A DNA stretch of 64,000 bases, from the NCBI GenBank assembly GCA_017881915.1, contig JADGQK010000002.1, positions 18,326 to 82,325 of the forward strand, in the 5' to 3' direction. Positions 38,782 to 49,114 of this stretch are shown piece by piece. Source of the DNA: Chloroflexota bacterium (GTDB taxonomy: Bacteria; Chloroflexota; Limnocylindria; Limnocylindrales; CSP1-4). The position numbers were made by a program, and so were the translations under genes. Within the stretch, counting starts at the first letter, position 1; every line of letters begins with the position of its first letter. The notes below the pieces were generated by a model. That model was not told the origin of the DNA, did no database searches, and saw nothing but the letters and a program-made list of their open reading frames with translations.

Positions 38782-39183
38782 TCAGTTCAGCGACGGATCC
38801 CGGTTCGGGCGGAGCTCGGCGATCACCGCCCGGTAGTCGGGCAGGTCGTCCTCGTCGATATCGTTCTCGTCGATATCCTCGTCGCCCCAGTCGGGACCCT
38901 GCTCGGCGGCTTCGAGCACGCTCAGTTGGGTATCGTCCTCGTTCGTTGTCACGAGGACCGACGCGGTCAGGCGATCGTCGCTGACCGGCGTGAAGCCCTG
39001 CTCCTCCTCGAGGACCCGGGCGACCGCCTCGATCAACGTATCCTCGTCGTAGGAATCGCGGACCTTCCGGCTGGCCGCCTTGACCAGCTCGAGGAACTCG
39101 TCCGGTTCGAAGCGCTCTTCGTGGACGAGGATCAGGTCGGAGAAGATGTCGCCTTCGGCCTCATGGAGCTCGTAGAAGTACAT
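38782..39183 (-). CDS. Acidic hypothetical protein
   Basis: MYFYELHEAEGD...; typical codon usage; TATCGT 6 nt upstream. Confidence 0.75.
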   Translation of the reverse strand: MYFYELHEAEGDIFSDLILVHEERFEPDEFLELVKAASRKVRDSYDEDTLIEAVARVLEEEQGFTPVSDDRLTASVLVTTNEDDTQLSVLEAAEQGPDWGDEDIDENDIDEDDLPDYRAVIAELRPNRDPSLN

Positions 39184-40123
39184 GCCGTCACGATACCCCG
39201 AGCGCGACGAGTTCGACGTCGTCCACGTCGGCAGCGCCTGCCGCGACATCGACCCGGCCGATCCGCGCGGCTGGCGGCTGGGCGGGGGAGTGGCCTACGC
39301 GGCGCTGACGACGGCCCGGCTCGGCCTGCGTTCGGCGGCGGTGGTCGGTGCCGACGCGATCGCGGCGGGTGCCGCCGAGCTCGATCTTCTGCGTGCGGCC
39401 GGCGTGACCGTGCGGGTCGTGCCCCTGGTCCAAGGGCCCGTGTTCAAGAACGTCGAGACGCCCGGCGGCCGGGTCCAGACCTGTGTCGAGCCCGGCGATC
39501 CGTTGCCGGTCGTGGCCGTGCCCGAGTCGTGGGTGGCCGCGCCGACCTGGCTCGTGGTGCCGGTGGCCGGCGAGACGGGACCCGGCTGGGCCGCCGCCGT
39601 CCCCCCTGGCGCCCGGCTGGCTCTTGGCTGGCAGGGTCTGCTCCGCGTCCTTGTGGCCGGCGAGCGCGTCCGACGCCGGCCCCCGATCTCCACGGCGCTC
39701 GTCGCACGGGCTGATCTGGTGGGCGTCAGCCGGCACGACCTCGAACCCGGCACCCGCGTCGAGGCACTGGTCTTCCTGTTGCGCCCGGATGCGCGGCTCG
39801 TCGTCACCGAGGGTCGAGCTGGCGGCATCGTGGTCGAGCGTGACGGTGGAGGCGGCAAGCGCGTGGAGCGATACACGGCCATCAAGGCTGCCGAAGTCGA
39901 TTCGACCGGCGCCGGCGACGTGTTTCTGGCCGCCTTGTCCGGCGCAATGTCGGGGCGCGGGACCGGCCCGGTCGACGCCGGCGACCTTCGGTGGGCAGCG
40001 GCAGCAGCGGCCCTGGTGGTCGAGGGGGTTGGCCTGGATGCGGTTCCCGACCGAGCCACGGTGTCGACACGTCTCGTGCGGGAGACAGCGTCGCGACCAG
40101 GTCCGGTCAGCCCAGCGCAGTGA
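39182..40123 (+). CDS. PfkB family carbohydrate kinase
   Basis: GGGVAYAA, VVTEGRAG and VDSTGAGDVF motifs. Confidence 0.88.
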   Translation: MPSRYPERDEFDVVHVGSACRDIDPADPRGWRLGGGVAYAALTTARLGLRSAAVVGADAIAAGAAELDLLRAAGVTVRVVPLVQGPVFKNVETPGGRVQTCVEPGDPLPVVAVPESWVAAPTWLVVPVAGETGPGWAAAVPPGARLALGWQGLLRVLVAGERVRRRPPISTALVARADLVGVSRHDLEPGTRVEALVFLLRPDARLVVTEGRAGGIVVERDGGGGKRVERYTAIKAAEVDSTGAGDVFLAALSGAMSGRGTGPVDAGDLRWAAAAAALVVEGVGLDAVPDRATVSTRLVRETASRPGPVSPAQ

Positions 40124-40592
40124 CCATGATCTGGATCGTCAGGTATCGGTCGTCGCGGAGCGGGTGGCGCTCGCCGTTATCGGTGAACCCGAGACGCTCG
40201 TAAAGCGCGATGGCGGGTGCATTGCCTGTCGTGACGCCGAGGCCCAGCATCGGATAGCCGGCCCCCAAGGCCCACGCCTTGACGGCCTCGATGAGGGCGC
40301 TGCCCAAGCCCTGCCGGCGTGCCTGTGGATCGACCCACATCGAGAAGAGCGCGGCGGAATTCGGGGAGTCCGGTGCTGGCCCGCCGATCGCGAGCCCGAT
40401 GAACTCCTCCGGCCCGTCGACGACGAAGACCGCACGGCCCGGTCGATCCGCACGGTCCTGCCAGTCCGAGTCGCTGAGCCCTGCTTCGCCGGCGTAGGTC
40501 GCGCCGAAGGCGTCGGGCGCGTCGCGCAGCGCACGCAGCCGAATCGCACGGTACGCGACCCATTCCTCGGGTTTGAGTCGACGGACCGGCAT
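40107..40592 (-). CDS. GNAT family N-acetyltransferase
   Basis: SMWVDPQARRQGLG and NAPAIALYERLGF motifs. Confidence 0.9.
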   Translation of the reverse strand: MPVRRLKPEEWVAYRAIRLRALRDAPDAFGATYAGEAGLSDSDWQDRADRPGRAVFVVDGPEEFIGLAIGGPAPDSPNSAALFSMWVDPQARRQGLGSALIEAVKAWALGAGYPMLGLGVTTGNAPAIALYERLGFTDNGERHPLRDDRYLTIQIMVTALG

Positions 40593-41104
40593 CAACCGAG
40601 GCGCTTCAGCATCGAAACGTCTGTCTCCCGGTAACCGGCGGATCGATACAGCCTCCGAGCAACCTCGTTGTCACCGAAGACGTGGAGCCGGATCGAGTCA
40701 TAGCCGAGAGCGCGGGCAACCTGTTCGATCGCCTCGAGGGCGGCGCGGGCGTAGCCCCGACCCCGAAACTCGGCGTCGATCCCGATATCCCAGATGAACA
40801 GCGATCCCTGGCCGATTGCCTCGTCAGGGCCCAACCACAAGGCGCCCACGGTCTCGCCAGCCTCGCTCACGATCGATCGAAAGTCGTGACCGGGGGTCGA
40901 CCGCCCATCCGGCACGAGCTTGGCGAACTCGTCGCGCGCCTTTGCCTCGGCGCCGTCGGCGGGCCAGGCACCGATCCGGATCTTGTCCTCGGCGTACGTC
41001 CTCAACGCCAGGCCGAGCCATGTCGCCCACGCTGGGGCGGTCATCGGCGCAAGGCTCACCCTGACCTGGCGCTTGATCTCCCGGCGCGCATCGGCAGGAT
41101 CCAT
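40592..41104 (-). CDS. GNAT family N-acetyltransferase
   Basis: FRGRGYA and LHVFGDNEVARRLYRSAGY motifs. Confidence 0.88.
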   Translation of the reverse strand: MDPADARREIKRQVRVSLAPMTAPAWATWLGLALRTYAEDKIRIGAWPADGAEAKARDEFAKLVPDGRSTPGHDFRSIVSEAGETVGALWLGPDEAIGQGSLFIWDIGIDAEFRGRGYARAALEAIEQVARALGYDSIRLHVFGDNEVARRLYRSAGYRETDVSMLKRLG

Positions 41105-41106
41105 CC

Positions 41107-42483
41107 TCAGAGTGTGCCACTCGCCGGCGCGGCGGCGGAGCCCGGTCGGCGGATCACCCGATGCCGGACGCGTCGGCTCAGCCGGAGGCGCCGACGGCCG
41201 AGATCCGCCTCGACCGCTCGGAGTGGCCGTCCGAGTAACCGTGAGTGCTGGGCGAGGCGGTCGGCCGCCGCGCATGCGCCCAGCGCGCCGGCGGGATCCT
41301 GCTCGCGGTGTTCGAGGCACTTGGCAACCTCGATCCACGCGAGCGCCGCGTCGGGACCACCGGCATGGGCCACGTCGCGCCACGCCTCGAGCGCCTCGCG
41401 GTGACGCCCGAGGCGCCTGAGCAGGCGTGCCCGCTCGACGATCATCTCGAGGCGTGCGGGGCTGGCCACATCCGGACCTGTCGTGTCGGCGCGCTGGGTG
41501 AGGATCGTCGACCACGATGGTCGCGTGGAGCCGGACGCATAGCCTGCGGCCGGACGGGGTGGGCCTTCGAGCGCGGCGTCCAGGCAATCGAGCGCGTCGT
41601 TGTCGCGCCGGGTGCGACGGTAGGCGCGGGCGAGCCCGAACAGGTCGCCGGCCGGCGCCGATCGCCGATCCGCGGCAGCGCCGAGATGGCGTTCCGAGTG
41701 GGCCATCAGGCGGGCGAGCGATCGGACGTCCTCGTGGTTGTGGCGGACGACCTCGGCGATCGGTTCGACGGGACCGCCCCGGAGCATCTCGAGGTAGCGG
41801 CCCGGGATTTCCCAGCCTTCGATGTCATGGCCGCGGCGCTCGCCGAGCAACTCCGCTTCGACCGTCTTGAGCCGCGCATCGCTCATCCGGTGGCGGAAGA
41901 CGCGTCGAACGAAGGGGAGCAGGTCGAGATGGCCGGCCAGTACCGGTGGCATGCGTCGATTCAACCGGAACCGGGTGACGAGCAGGGGCCAGTCGAAGCT
42001 GCGGCCGTTGTAGGTGACGAGCCAGCCGTTTGACGGCAGCAGGGCCGCCAGGGCTTCGAGGAAGCCGGCCTCACCGGCCTGGTCCGGGAGCAGGAGCTGG
42101 ACCTGGCGGAACGCATCCCCGTCCCACCAGCCGAGGCCGACGAGGAAGGCCAGGGTGCCGGCCCCGGTGGCCAGCCCGGTGGTCTCGGTGTCGAGGCAGA
42201 TCAGGGGGACCTCGGGCCCGGGATGATCCGGCAGGCCGGCGCTGCGATCACGATCGATCGGCAGCGCGATCGAGGCCGGCTCGATCCGGACGTGGCCTCC
42301 ACCGACACCGCGGACCCACGTCCCACCGAGTACCCGGGCGAGTCGTTCCGCGCGAGCCTCGGCCGAGCGTGCCAGCGCCGCCCATGGCGGTTCGAGGTCC
42401 AGATCCGCCGGTGGGCGGGACCCCGTGTCGCGGCCCAGGCGGAGACGATTGAGGCGGCGTTCGAGGATTGCCGTGTCGTTCAA
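41107..42483 (-). CDS. mrfB: DEDD exonuclease (RNase_H_2/YprB) with C-terminal TPR-like helices, MrfB-like
   Basis: LDTETTGL, YNGRSFDWP, HLDLL and HNHEDVRSL motifs; downstream of an mrfA-like helicase. Confidence 0.85.
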   Translation of the reverse strand: MNDTAILERRLNRLRLGRDTGSRPPADLDLEPPWAALARSAEARAERLARVLGGTWVRGVGGGHVRIEPASIALPIDRDRSAGLPDHPGPEVPLICLDTETTGLATGAGTLAFLVGLGWWDGDAFRQVQLLLPDQAGEAGFLEALAALLPSNGWLVTYNGRSFDWPLLVTRFRLNRRMPPVLAGHLDLLPFVRRVFRHRMSDARLKTVEAELLGERRGHDIEGWEIPGRYLEMLRGGPVEPIAEVVRHNHEDVRSLARLMAHSERHLGAAADRRSAPAGDLFGLARAYRRTRRDNDALDCLDAALEGPPRPAAGYASGSTRPSWSTILTQRADTTGPDVASPARLEMIVERARLLRRLGRHREALEAWRDVAHAGGPDAALAWIEVAKCLEHREQDPAGALGACAAADRLAQHSRLLGRPLRAVEADLGRRRLRLSRRVRHRVIRRPGSAAAPASGTL

Positions 42484-42532
42484 CGGTCAGCCGGCCCGTC
42501 GATCGAGCGATCCACTGGTCGTGGCCACGCCA

Positions 42533-44851
42533 TCAGGCGGCCCTGGCCGGAATCGAGGCGCCCAGCGTCGCGAGGAGACGGAGGGCGAGCGCCCGGGCGT
42601 CGATCCCCGGTTCGAGACGGGGACCGGTGCAGCTTGGGCAGCCGCCGTCGCAGGCACAGCCCGCGATGAGCTCCGCGGCTCCGGCGATCAACTCATCGGT
42701 TCGCTCGAAGATTCGCTCGGCCAGGCCCACTCCGCCGGGGACGGTCTCGTACAGGTAGATCGTGGGTGCTTCGTGATGGGGCGAGCGGACCTGGCTGACC
42801 AGGCCGAGGTCGGCCGGTGCAACCATGAGCAGGAAGCTGGCGACTGCCTGGAGGGCTCGCCCGGCGCCGACCAGGGCGACATCAAGCTCGTCCCTTCGCC
42901 AGGCTCCGCCGGGCCCGGTCGTCACGGCTGCCGGGTCGACGGTCAGCCAGGCGGCGGTGGTCTGGAGCTCGATCTCGGGCAGGTGGATCCGGCCCCAGCC
43001 GAGGTTCTCGTTGGTGATGAACTTCAGCTTCTTATAGATCGTGGCCAGGCTGGCGACCATCACCTCGCCGTGCTCCCGCGCCCCGCCGGGCAGGGGCGCC
43101 GAGCCGAACACGTCGAGCGGCTTGAGGGTCACGGCCACGTCGGCCTGGGTGTAGTGGTCCACGTCGACCCGCCGGACGTAGGCCTTGCGTTCGTCCCAAT
43201 CGAGCCGGTCGACATGGAACTGGGCGGATTCGTGGAGATAGATGGCGTCCTCGTGGACGGCGGTCTGGGCTCCGAACAGGTCGATCTCACCGATCACCCG
43301 GGGCCGATCCGGCGTCGTATCGATGATCACCACGTTCTCGCTGGCGGCCGTTCGGAGCGAGATCGCCGATGCCGGGAAGTTCTCGCTCGACCAGTACCAG
43401 CGCCCATCGCCCGCCTGCCGGACGTGGTGGTCTTCGGCCAGGAAGGCGAGCAGGTCGTCCGCCGGTCCAGGGCCGAACGGCTCGCCGGGCTCGAAGGGGA
43501 GCTCGAACGTGGCGGCCTTCAGGTGGGCCAGCAGGATGTGCAGGTTGTCCGGGTCGAGGCGGGCCTCCTCCGGTGCGCCGTTCAACAGGTAATCCGGGTG
43601 GTGGATCACGTATTGGTCGACGGGCGAGCCGCTGGCGATCACGACGGCGACGCTCACCCCGCTCCGCCGGCCGGCCCGGCCGATCTGCTGCCACGTTCCG
43701 GCGATCGACCCGGGGTAGCCGGCGATGATGGCCGCATCGAGGCGGCCGATGTCCACGCCGAGCTCAAGGGCGTTCGTGCTGACGACGCCGAGCACCTCGC
43801 CGCTGCGCAGGCCCTGCTCGATCGAGCGACGTTCGGTGGGTAGGTAGCCACCGCGATAGCCACGCACGCGTGAGCGTGGTCCGGCATGCTCGCGGAGCGC
43901 CTCACGCAGGCCGCTGAGGAGCAACTCGACCGCCGTCCGCGAGCGGCCGAAGACGATCGTCTGGCGACCGGCCCGCAGGAATGGCAGGGCCCACCGATTG
44001 GCCAGGGTCAGGGCCGAGCCACGCGCGCCACTGGCGGCGTCCAGGAGCGGCGGGTCGACCAGCAGGAGATGGCGCTCGCCGGTCGGCGCGCCGTTCCGGT
44101 CGATGAGCTGGGGCGTCCGGCCGGTCAGGGTGCTGGCAAGCTCGAGCGGGTTGCCGATGGTTGCGGAGCAGCACACGATCACCGGTTTTGAGCCGTAGTG
44201 GGCGCACAACCGCAAGAGGCGCCGCAGGACGTTGGCAACGTGGCTGCCGAAGACGCCCCGGTAGGTGTGGAGTTCGTCGATCACGATCACCTGGAGCTGT
44301 TCGAAGAGCTGGAACCATTTCGTGTGATGGGGGAGGATCGCCGCGTGGAGCATGTCCGGGTTGGTCACGATCACCTGGCCGGCTATCCGGATCGCCGCGC
44401 GGATCGGCGCCGGCGTATCGCCGTCGTACGTGGCGGCGGCCACATCGAGCCCCGAGAGCTGGGCGAGCGCGCCGAACTCGGCAACCTGGTCCTGGCCGAG
44501 GGCCTTGGTGGGAAACAGGAAGAGGGCCCGGGCGGACCGATCGGAGGCGAGCGCCTGCAGGACCGGGAGCGTGTAGCACAAGGACTTGCCCGACGCGGTT
44601 GGGGTCACGACGACCACGTCCCGGCCGGCATGGACCGCCTCGATCGCCTCCGCCTGGTGGATGTACAGCTCGGTGATCCCGCGGCGCTCGAGGCCCGCGT
44701 TGATTCGTGGGTCGAGCCAGGCCGGCAGAGGCGCGGTCCGGGCGGCGCGGGCCGGGATCAGCTGATGGTGGACCACGCCGCGGGCGATCGACGGCTCGGC
44801 CAGCAGGTCGTCGAGGACCGCGTCCACGGTGGCCGGTGCATAGGTTCGCAT
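42533..44851 (-). CDS. mrfA: DEAD/DEAH-box helicase with C-terminal DUF1998 (MrfA/YprA/Hrq1-like)
   Basis: TPTASGKS, PTKAL, DELH, SAT, TNALELGVDIG, QIGRAGR; C-terminal CACDGGCPSC. Confidence 0.92.
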   Translation of the reverse strand: MRTYAPATVDAVLDDLLAEPSIARGVVHHQLIPARAARTAPLPAWLDPRINAGLERRGITELYIHQAEAIEAVHAGRDVVVVTPTASGKSLCYTLPVLQALASDRSARALFLFPTKALGQDQVAEFGALAQLSGLDVAAATYDGDTPAPIRAAIRIAGQVIVTNPDMLHAAILPHHTKWFQLFEQLQVIVIDELHTYRGVFGSHVANVLRRLLRLCAHYGSKPVIVCCSATIGNPLELASTLTGRTPQLIDRNGAPTGERHLLLVDPPLLDAASGARGSALTLANRWALPFLRAGRQTIVFGRSRTAVELLLSGLREALREHAGPRSRVRGYRGGYLPTERRSIEQGLRSGEVLGVVSTNALELGVDIGRLDAAIIAGYPGSIAGTWQQIGRAGRRSGVSVAVVIASGSPVDQYVIHHPDYLLNGAPEEARLDPDNLHILLAHLKAATFELPFEPGEPFGPGPADDLLAFLAEDHHVRQAGDGRWYWSSENFPASAISLRTAASENVVIIDTTPDRPRVIGEIDLFGAQTAVHEDAIYLHESAQFHVDRLDWDERKAYVRRVDVDHYTQADVAVTLKPLDVFGSAPLPGGAREHGEVMVASLATIYKKLKFITNENLGWGRIHLPEIELQTTAAWLTVDPAAVTTGPGGAWRRDELDVALVGAGRALQAVASFLLMVAPADLGLVSQVRSPHHEAPTIYLYETVPGGVGLAERIFERTDELIAGAAELIAGCACDGGCPSCTGPRLEPGIDARALALRLLATLGASIPARAA

Positions 44852-44865
44852 CGGATCTCCAAATG

Positions 44866-44877
44866 GAACGGACGTAC
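44866..44877. promoter_or_regulatory. Putative LexA (SOS) box upstream of mrfA
   Basis: GAAC-ggac-GTAC, one mismatch from GAAC-N4-GTTC, between the minus-strand -10 (TAGACT, 44890-44895) and the ATG. Confidence 0.55.
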
Positions 44878-44955
44878 GAAACTGGTGGGAGTCTAGCAGG
44901 CACGATGACGCACCTCGATGTCAGCTTGCCTGTCACGGACGAGGCCCCGGACGGT

Positions 44956-44984
44956 TTGACATGTCAGCTGCCGGTAGCTACGCT
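44956..44984 (+). promoter_or_regulatory. Sigma70-type promoter for the ftsB-like gene
   Basis: TTGACA-17 bp-TACGCT, 9 nt before ATG 44994. Confidence 0.7.
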
Positions 44985-44993
44985 GCGCGGGCA

Positions 44994-45503
44994 ATGACCG
45001 GCCGCCAGGATGACCAGCGCGAGTCCCTCGACGATCCGCTCGGCGCTCCTGCCGACGAGCTCGAAACGGGCCAGGGGATCCTTGCCCGCGGGCGCGACCT
45101 GGCCGGCCTCTCGGTGGCCGGGATTACCCGCCGACGGATTGCGATCCTGATGGCCGCCCTGCTGTCGGCCTGGATCGTGCTTGCCCTGTCGCGCCAGGTG
45201 GGCGAGGCGGCCGACGCCACCAACCGGGCGAACGAGCTGAGCCGGGACAACCAGGCGCTCAGCGCTCAGATCCAGACCCTGACCCAGGAGCGAACCCTGA
45301 TCCAGGAGCAGGCCTATGTCGAGCTGGCGGCCCGCGCCCACGGCCTGGGCGGTCACCAGGAGCACCCCTTCAGCCTCGCCGCTGATGCGCCGGCCTTGCC
45401 GCCCGACGCCCCCGGCAGCGCGGCGGGCGCTCTCGGCGCCACGGCCGCCCGGAGCGCGCCGATCGACGCCTGGCTCGACCTCCTGTTCGGGGCCGGCCAC
45501 TAG
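44994..45503 (+). CDS. ftsB: Septum formation initiator (FtsB/DivIC family)
   Basis: Single TM, coiled coil, AYVELAARAHGLG..QE motif. Confidence 0.75.
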   Translation: MTGRQDDQRESLDDPLGAPADELETGQGILARGRDLAGLSVAGITRRRIAILMAALLSAWIVLALSRQVGEAADATNRANELSRDNQALSAQIQTLTQERTLIQEQAYVELAARAHGLGGHQEHPFSLAADAPALPPDAPGSAAGALGATAARSAPIDAWLDLLFGAGH

Positions 45504-45595
45504 CCTGGCTCAAGGAGGGTTCGCCGGCGAGCCCCGCCAGCTGAAGGCGCGGACTCGACGAGACCGAGCCCCGGCTCCGGCGCCTTACCGGCGGG

Positions 45596-46588
45596 TCATG
45601 AGCCGGCCCCGCCCGCCGGTGCATCGCCCACGGCAGCAGGTGCATCGCTGAGCACCGAGGGGCCGTCGCTGAACGGGGCCAGGATCGCCAGCAGGGCAAC
45701 CCATCCCGACAGATAGAGCGATGGTGTCCCGATGATCGACACGATCACCGCTACGCTGAACGACCCGCGCGGCCAGCGACCGAGGCCGATCGCCACAAGG
45801 GTCCCTCCGATCAGGGTCGCCTCTGACAGCCACGGGATCCCGGTCAGGCCGGATAGGCTGGCGGTGGATGGCGCCGTGGTCGCGGCGACGTCGAGATACT
45901 CCCGGAACGAATTGAGGCCGGCGCCAATCACGCTGATCAGCAGAATCACGGCGACGCTCAGGGCGGCCGCCGCCACCGTCCGCCAACGACGGGTCCCGAG
46001 GAGCCAGCCGCCCAGGCTGGCCGGGGAGAGCTTGGTGCTGGCCATCAGGCCCACGGCCAGCCCGGCGAACCCGCGCTCGCGCAGCTTCCAGGCCAGGACC
46101 ATCAGGAGCGGGAAGAATGCCGCGACGTTGCCGGCGGCCAGTTGCTCGCCGATCGCGGGCGCGAGGAGGGTTGCGACGAGAGCACCCCGCATCCCGGTTC
46201 GGTAGACAAGGAAGAACGTCGTCCCGAGCAACGCCAGCCAGCAGGCAACCATCCAGGCGGCGAAGCCACCCGGGATCAGCACGATCGGTCGCCAGATCAC
46301 CGCAATCGGCGGCGGCGACAGGAGCGGCGCAGTGACGCCCTGGACGAACAGGACCGGTGGATCGCCCGGGCCCAGCTGGTACAGGTCGTGCCCGACGTTG
46401 AGGCGCACGGCGGCCGCCTGGTACCACAAGGCATCCTGGAACGGCTTGGCCAGGCTCACCGGCGTCGACATGAAGGTTAGGTACTCGGCGGCGATGAACA
46501 GGCCGAGGAGGCAGGGCACGAAGGCCAGGATCACCCGCAGCCGTACCGATCCGGAGCTGGCGCGCGGTGTGTCGGCGGGCATCGACAA
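45596..46588 (-). CDS. Glycosyltransferase family 87 (DUF2029) membrane protein
   Basis: D..WYQAAA....GHDLY, SPPPIAV, GNV and TKLSP motifs; multiple TMs. Confidence 0.75.
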   Translation of the reverse strand: MSMPADTPRASSGSVRLRVILAFVPCLLGLFIAAEYLTFMSTPVSLAKPFQDALWYQAAAVRLNVGHDLYQLGPGDPPVLFVQGVTAPLLSPPPIAVIWRPIVLIPGGFAAWMVACWLALLGTTFFLVYRTGMRGALVATLLAPAIGEQLAAGNVAAFFPLLMVLAWKLRERGFAGLAVGLMASTKLSPASLGGWLLGTRRWRTVAAAALSVAVILLISVIGAGLNSFREYLDVAATTAPSTASLSGLTGIPWLSEATLIGGTLVAIGLGRWPRGSFSVAVIVSIIGTPSLYLSGWVALLAILAPFSDGPSVLSDAPAAVGDAPAGGAGS

Positions 46589-46739
46589 GTCTCTCCTCGG
46601 CGTCTGGTGGGCTCAGGCTGACGCCGTGCGAGTCGGACTATCACCGGATTACCGCCGACCGACAAGCCCCCGGCCGGGTGGGGGCCACCGGTACCCGCGA
46701 GTGATGGTTGCGGTACCATCCCGGACCGGAGCTCGGCAC

Positions 46740-46814
46740 GGCGGAGTAGCTCAGTGGTAGAGCAGGGGACTCATAAGCCCTTGGTCGCAAGTTCGACTCT
46801 TGCCTCCGCTACCA
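46740..46814 (+). tRNA. tRNA-Met(CAT), elongator-type
   Basis: Cloverleaf with GGCGGAG/CTCCGCT acceptor stem, D arm GCTC/GAGC, anticodon loop CTCATAA, T loop TTCGACT, encoded CCA; no C1:A72 mismatch. Confidence 0.93.
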
Positions 46815-47085
46815 ACCCCTCCAATGTGGCACGGTCCTGGTCGTGAACCAGACGACCCCGAGAAGCTCTTCCGGCTCGTGGCCATCTGGTGCAGGTGCAA
46901 GCAAACGGCCAAGGGCGCGGCCGGCGTCCGATCGGCGCGCCTCACAACGATCCGCCGGGGCGTCCCACCCGTACTATCGGTGTACGACGATCACCGACTC
47001 GTCAGCGGGCCCGGATCAGGGCGGACGGTATACTCGGCTCGAGGCTGGCGCACGGTCGCCGGCCGAATGACTCGGAGGCTCCTAG

Positions 47086-48996
<1,911 letters not shown>

Positions 48997-49018
48997 CCTT
49001 CACGCCCGAGGGCTACTG

Positions 49019-49047
49019 GATGGGCGAGCCAGCGTGGCTCGCCCATC
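49019..49047 (+). terminator. 13-bp stem-loop after ftsH (terminator-like, no U-tract)
   Basis: GATGGGCGAGCCA-gcg-TGGCTCGCCCATC. Confidence 0.6.
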
Positions 49048-49069
49048 TCGATTCGGCGCGGCCGTACAC

Positions 49070-49084
49070 TGACTGGACCAGTCA
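49070..49084. promoter_or_regulatory. Palindromic operator-like site adjoining the -10 of the dipeptidase gene
   Basis: TGACTGG-A-CCAGTCA overlapping the last base of TACACT (49065-49070). Confidence 0.5.
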
Positions 49085-49114
49085 ATCAACCGCCGCGAGG
49101 GCCGTCAGACCGCC

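Noticed and set aside
38535..38984. ORF with an AGGAG RBS downstream of ychF
   Set aside because: It has no protein-like features, atypical codon usage and overlaps a better minus-strand gene.
41107..44851. DUF1998 helicase as a DISARM/Druantia-type defence system
   Set aside because: It is paired with a YprB-like exonuclease and lacks methylase or other defence genes, which fits MrfAB repair.
46815..47085. tRNA used as an integration site, or a riboswitch before ftsH
   Set aside because: No duplicated tRNA 3' end or integrase in the window and no recognisable aptamer; only a TATACT promoter-like element.
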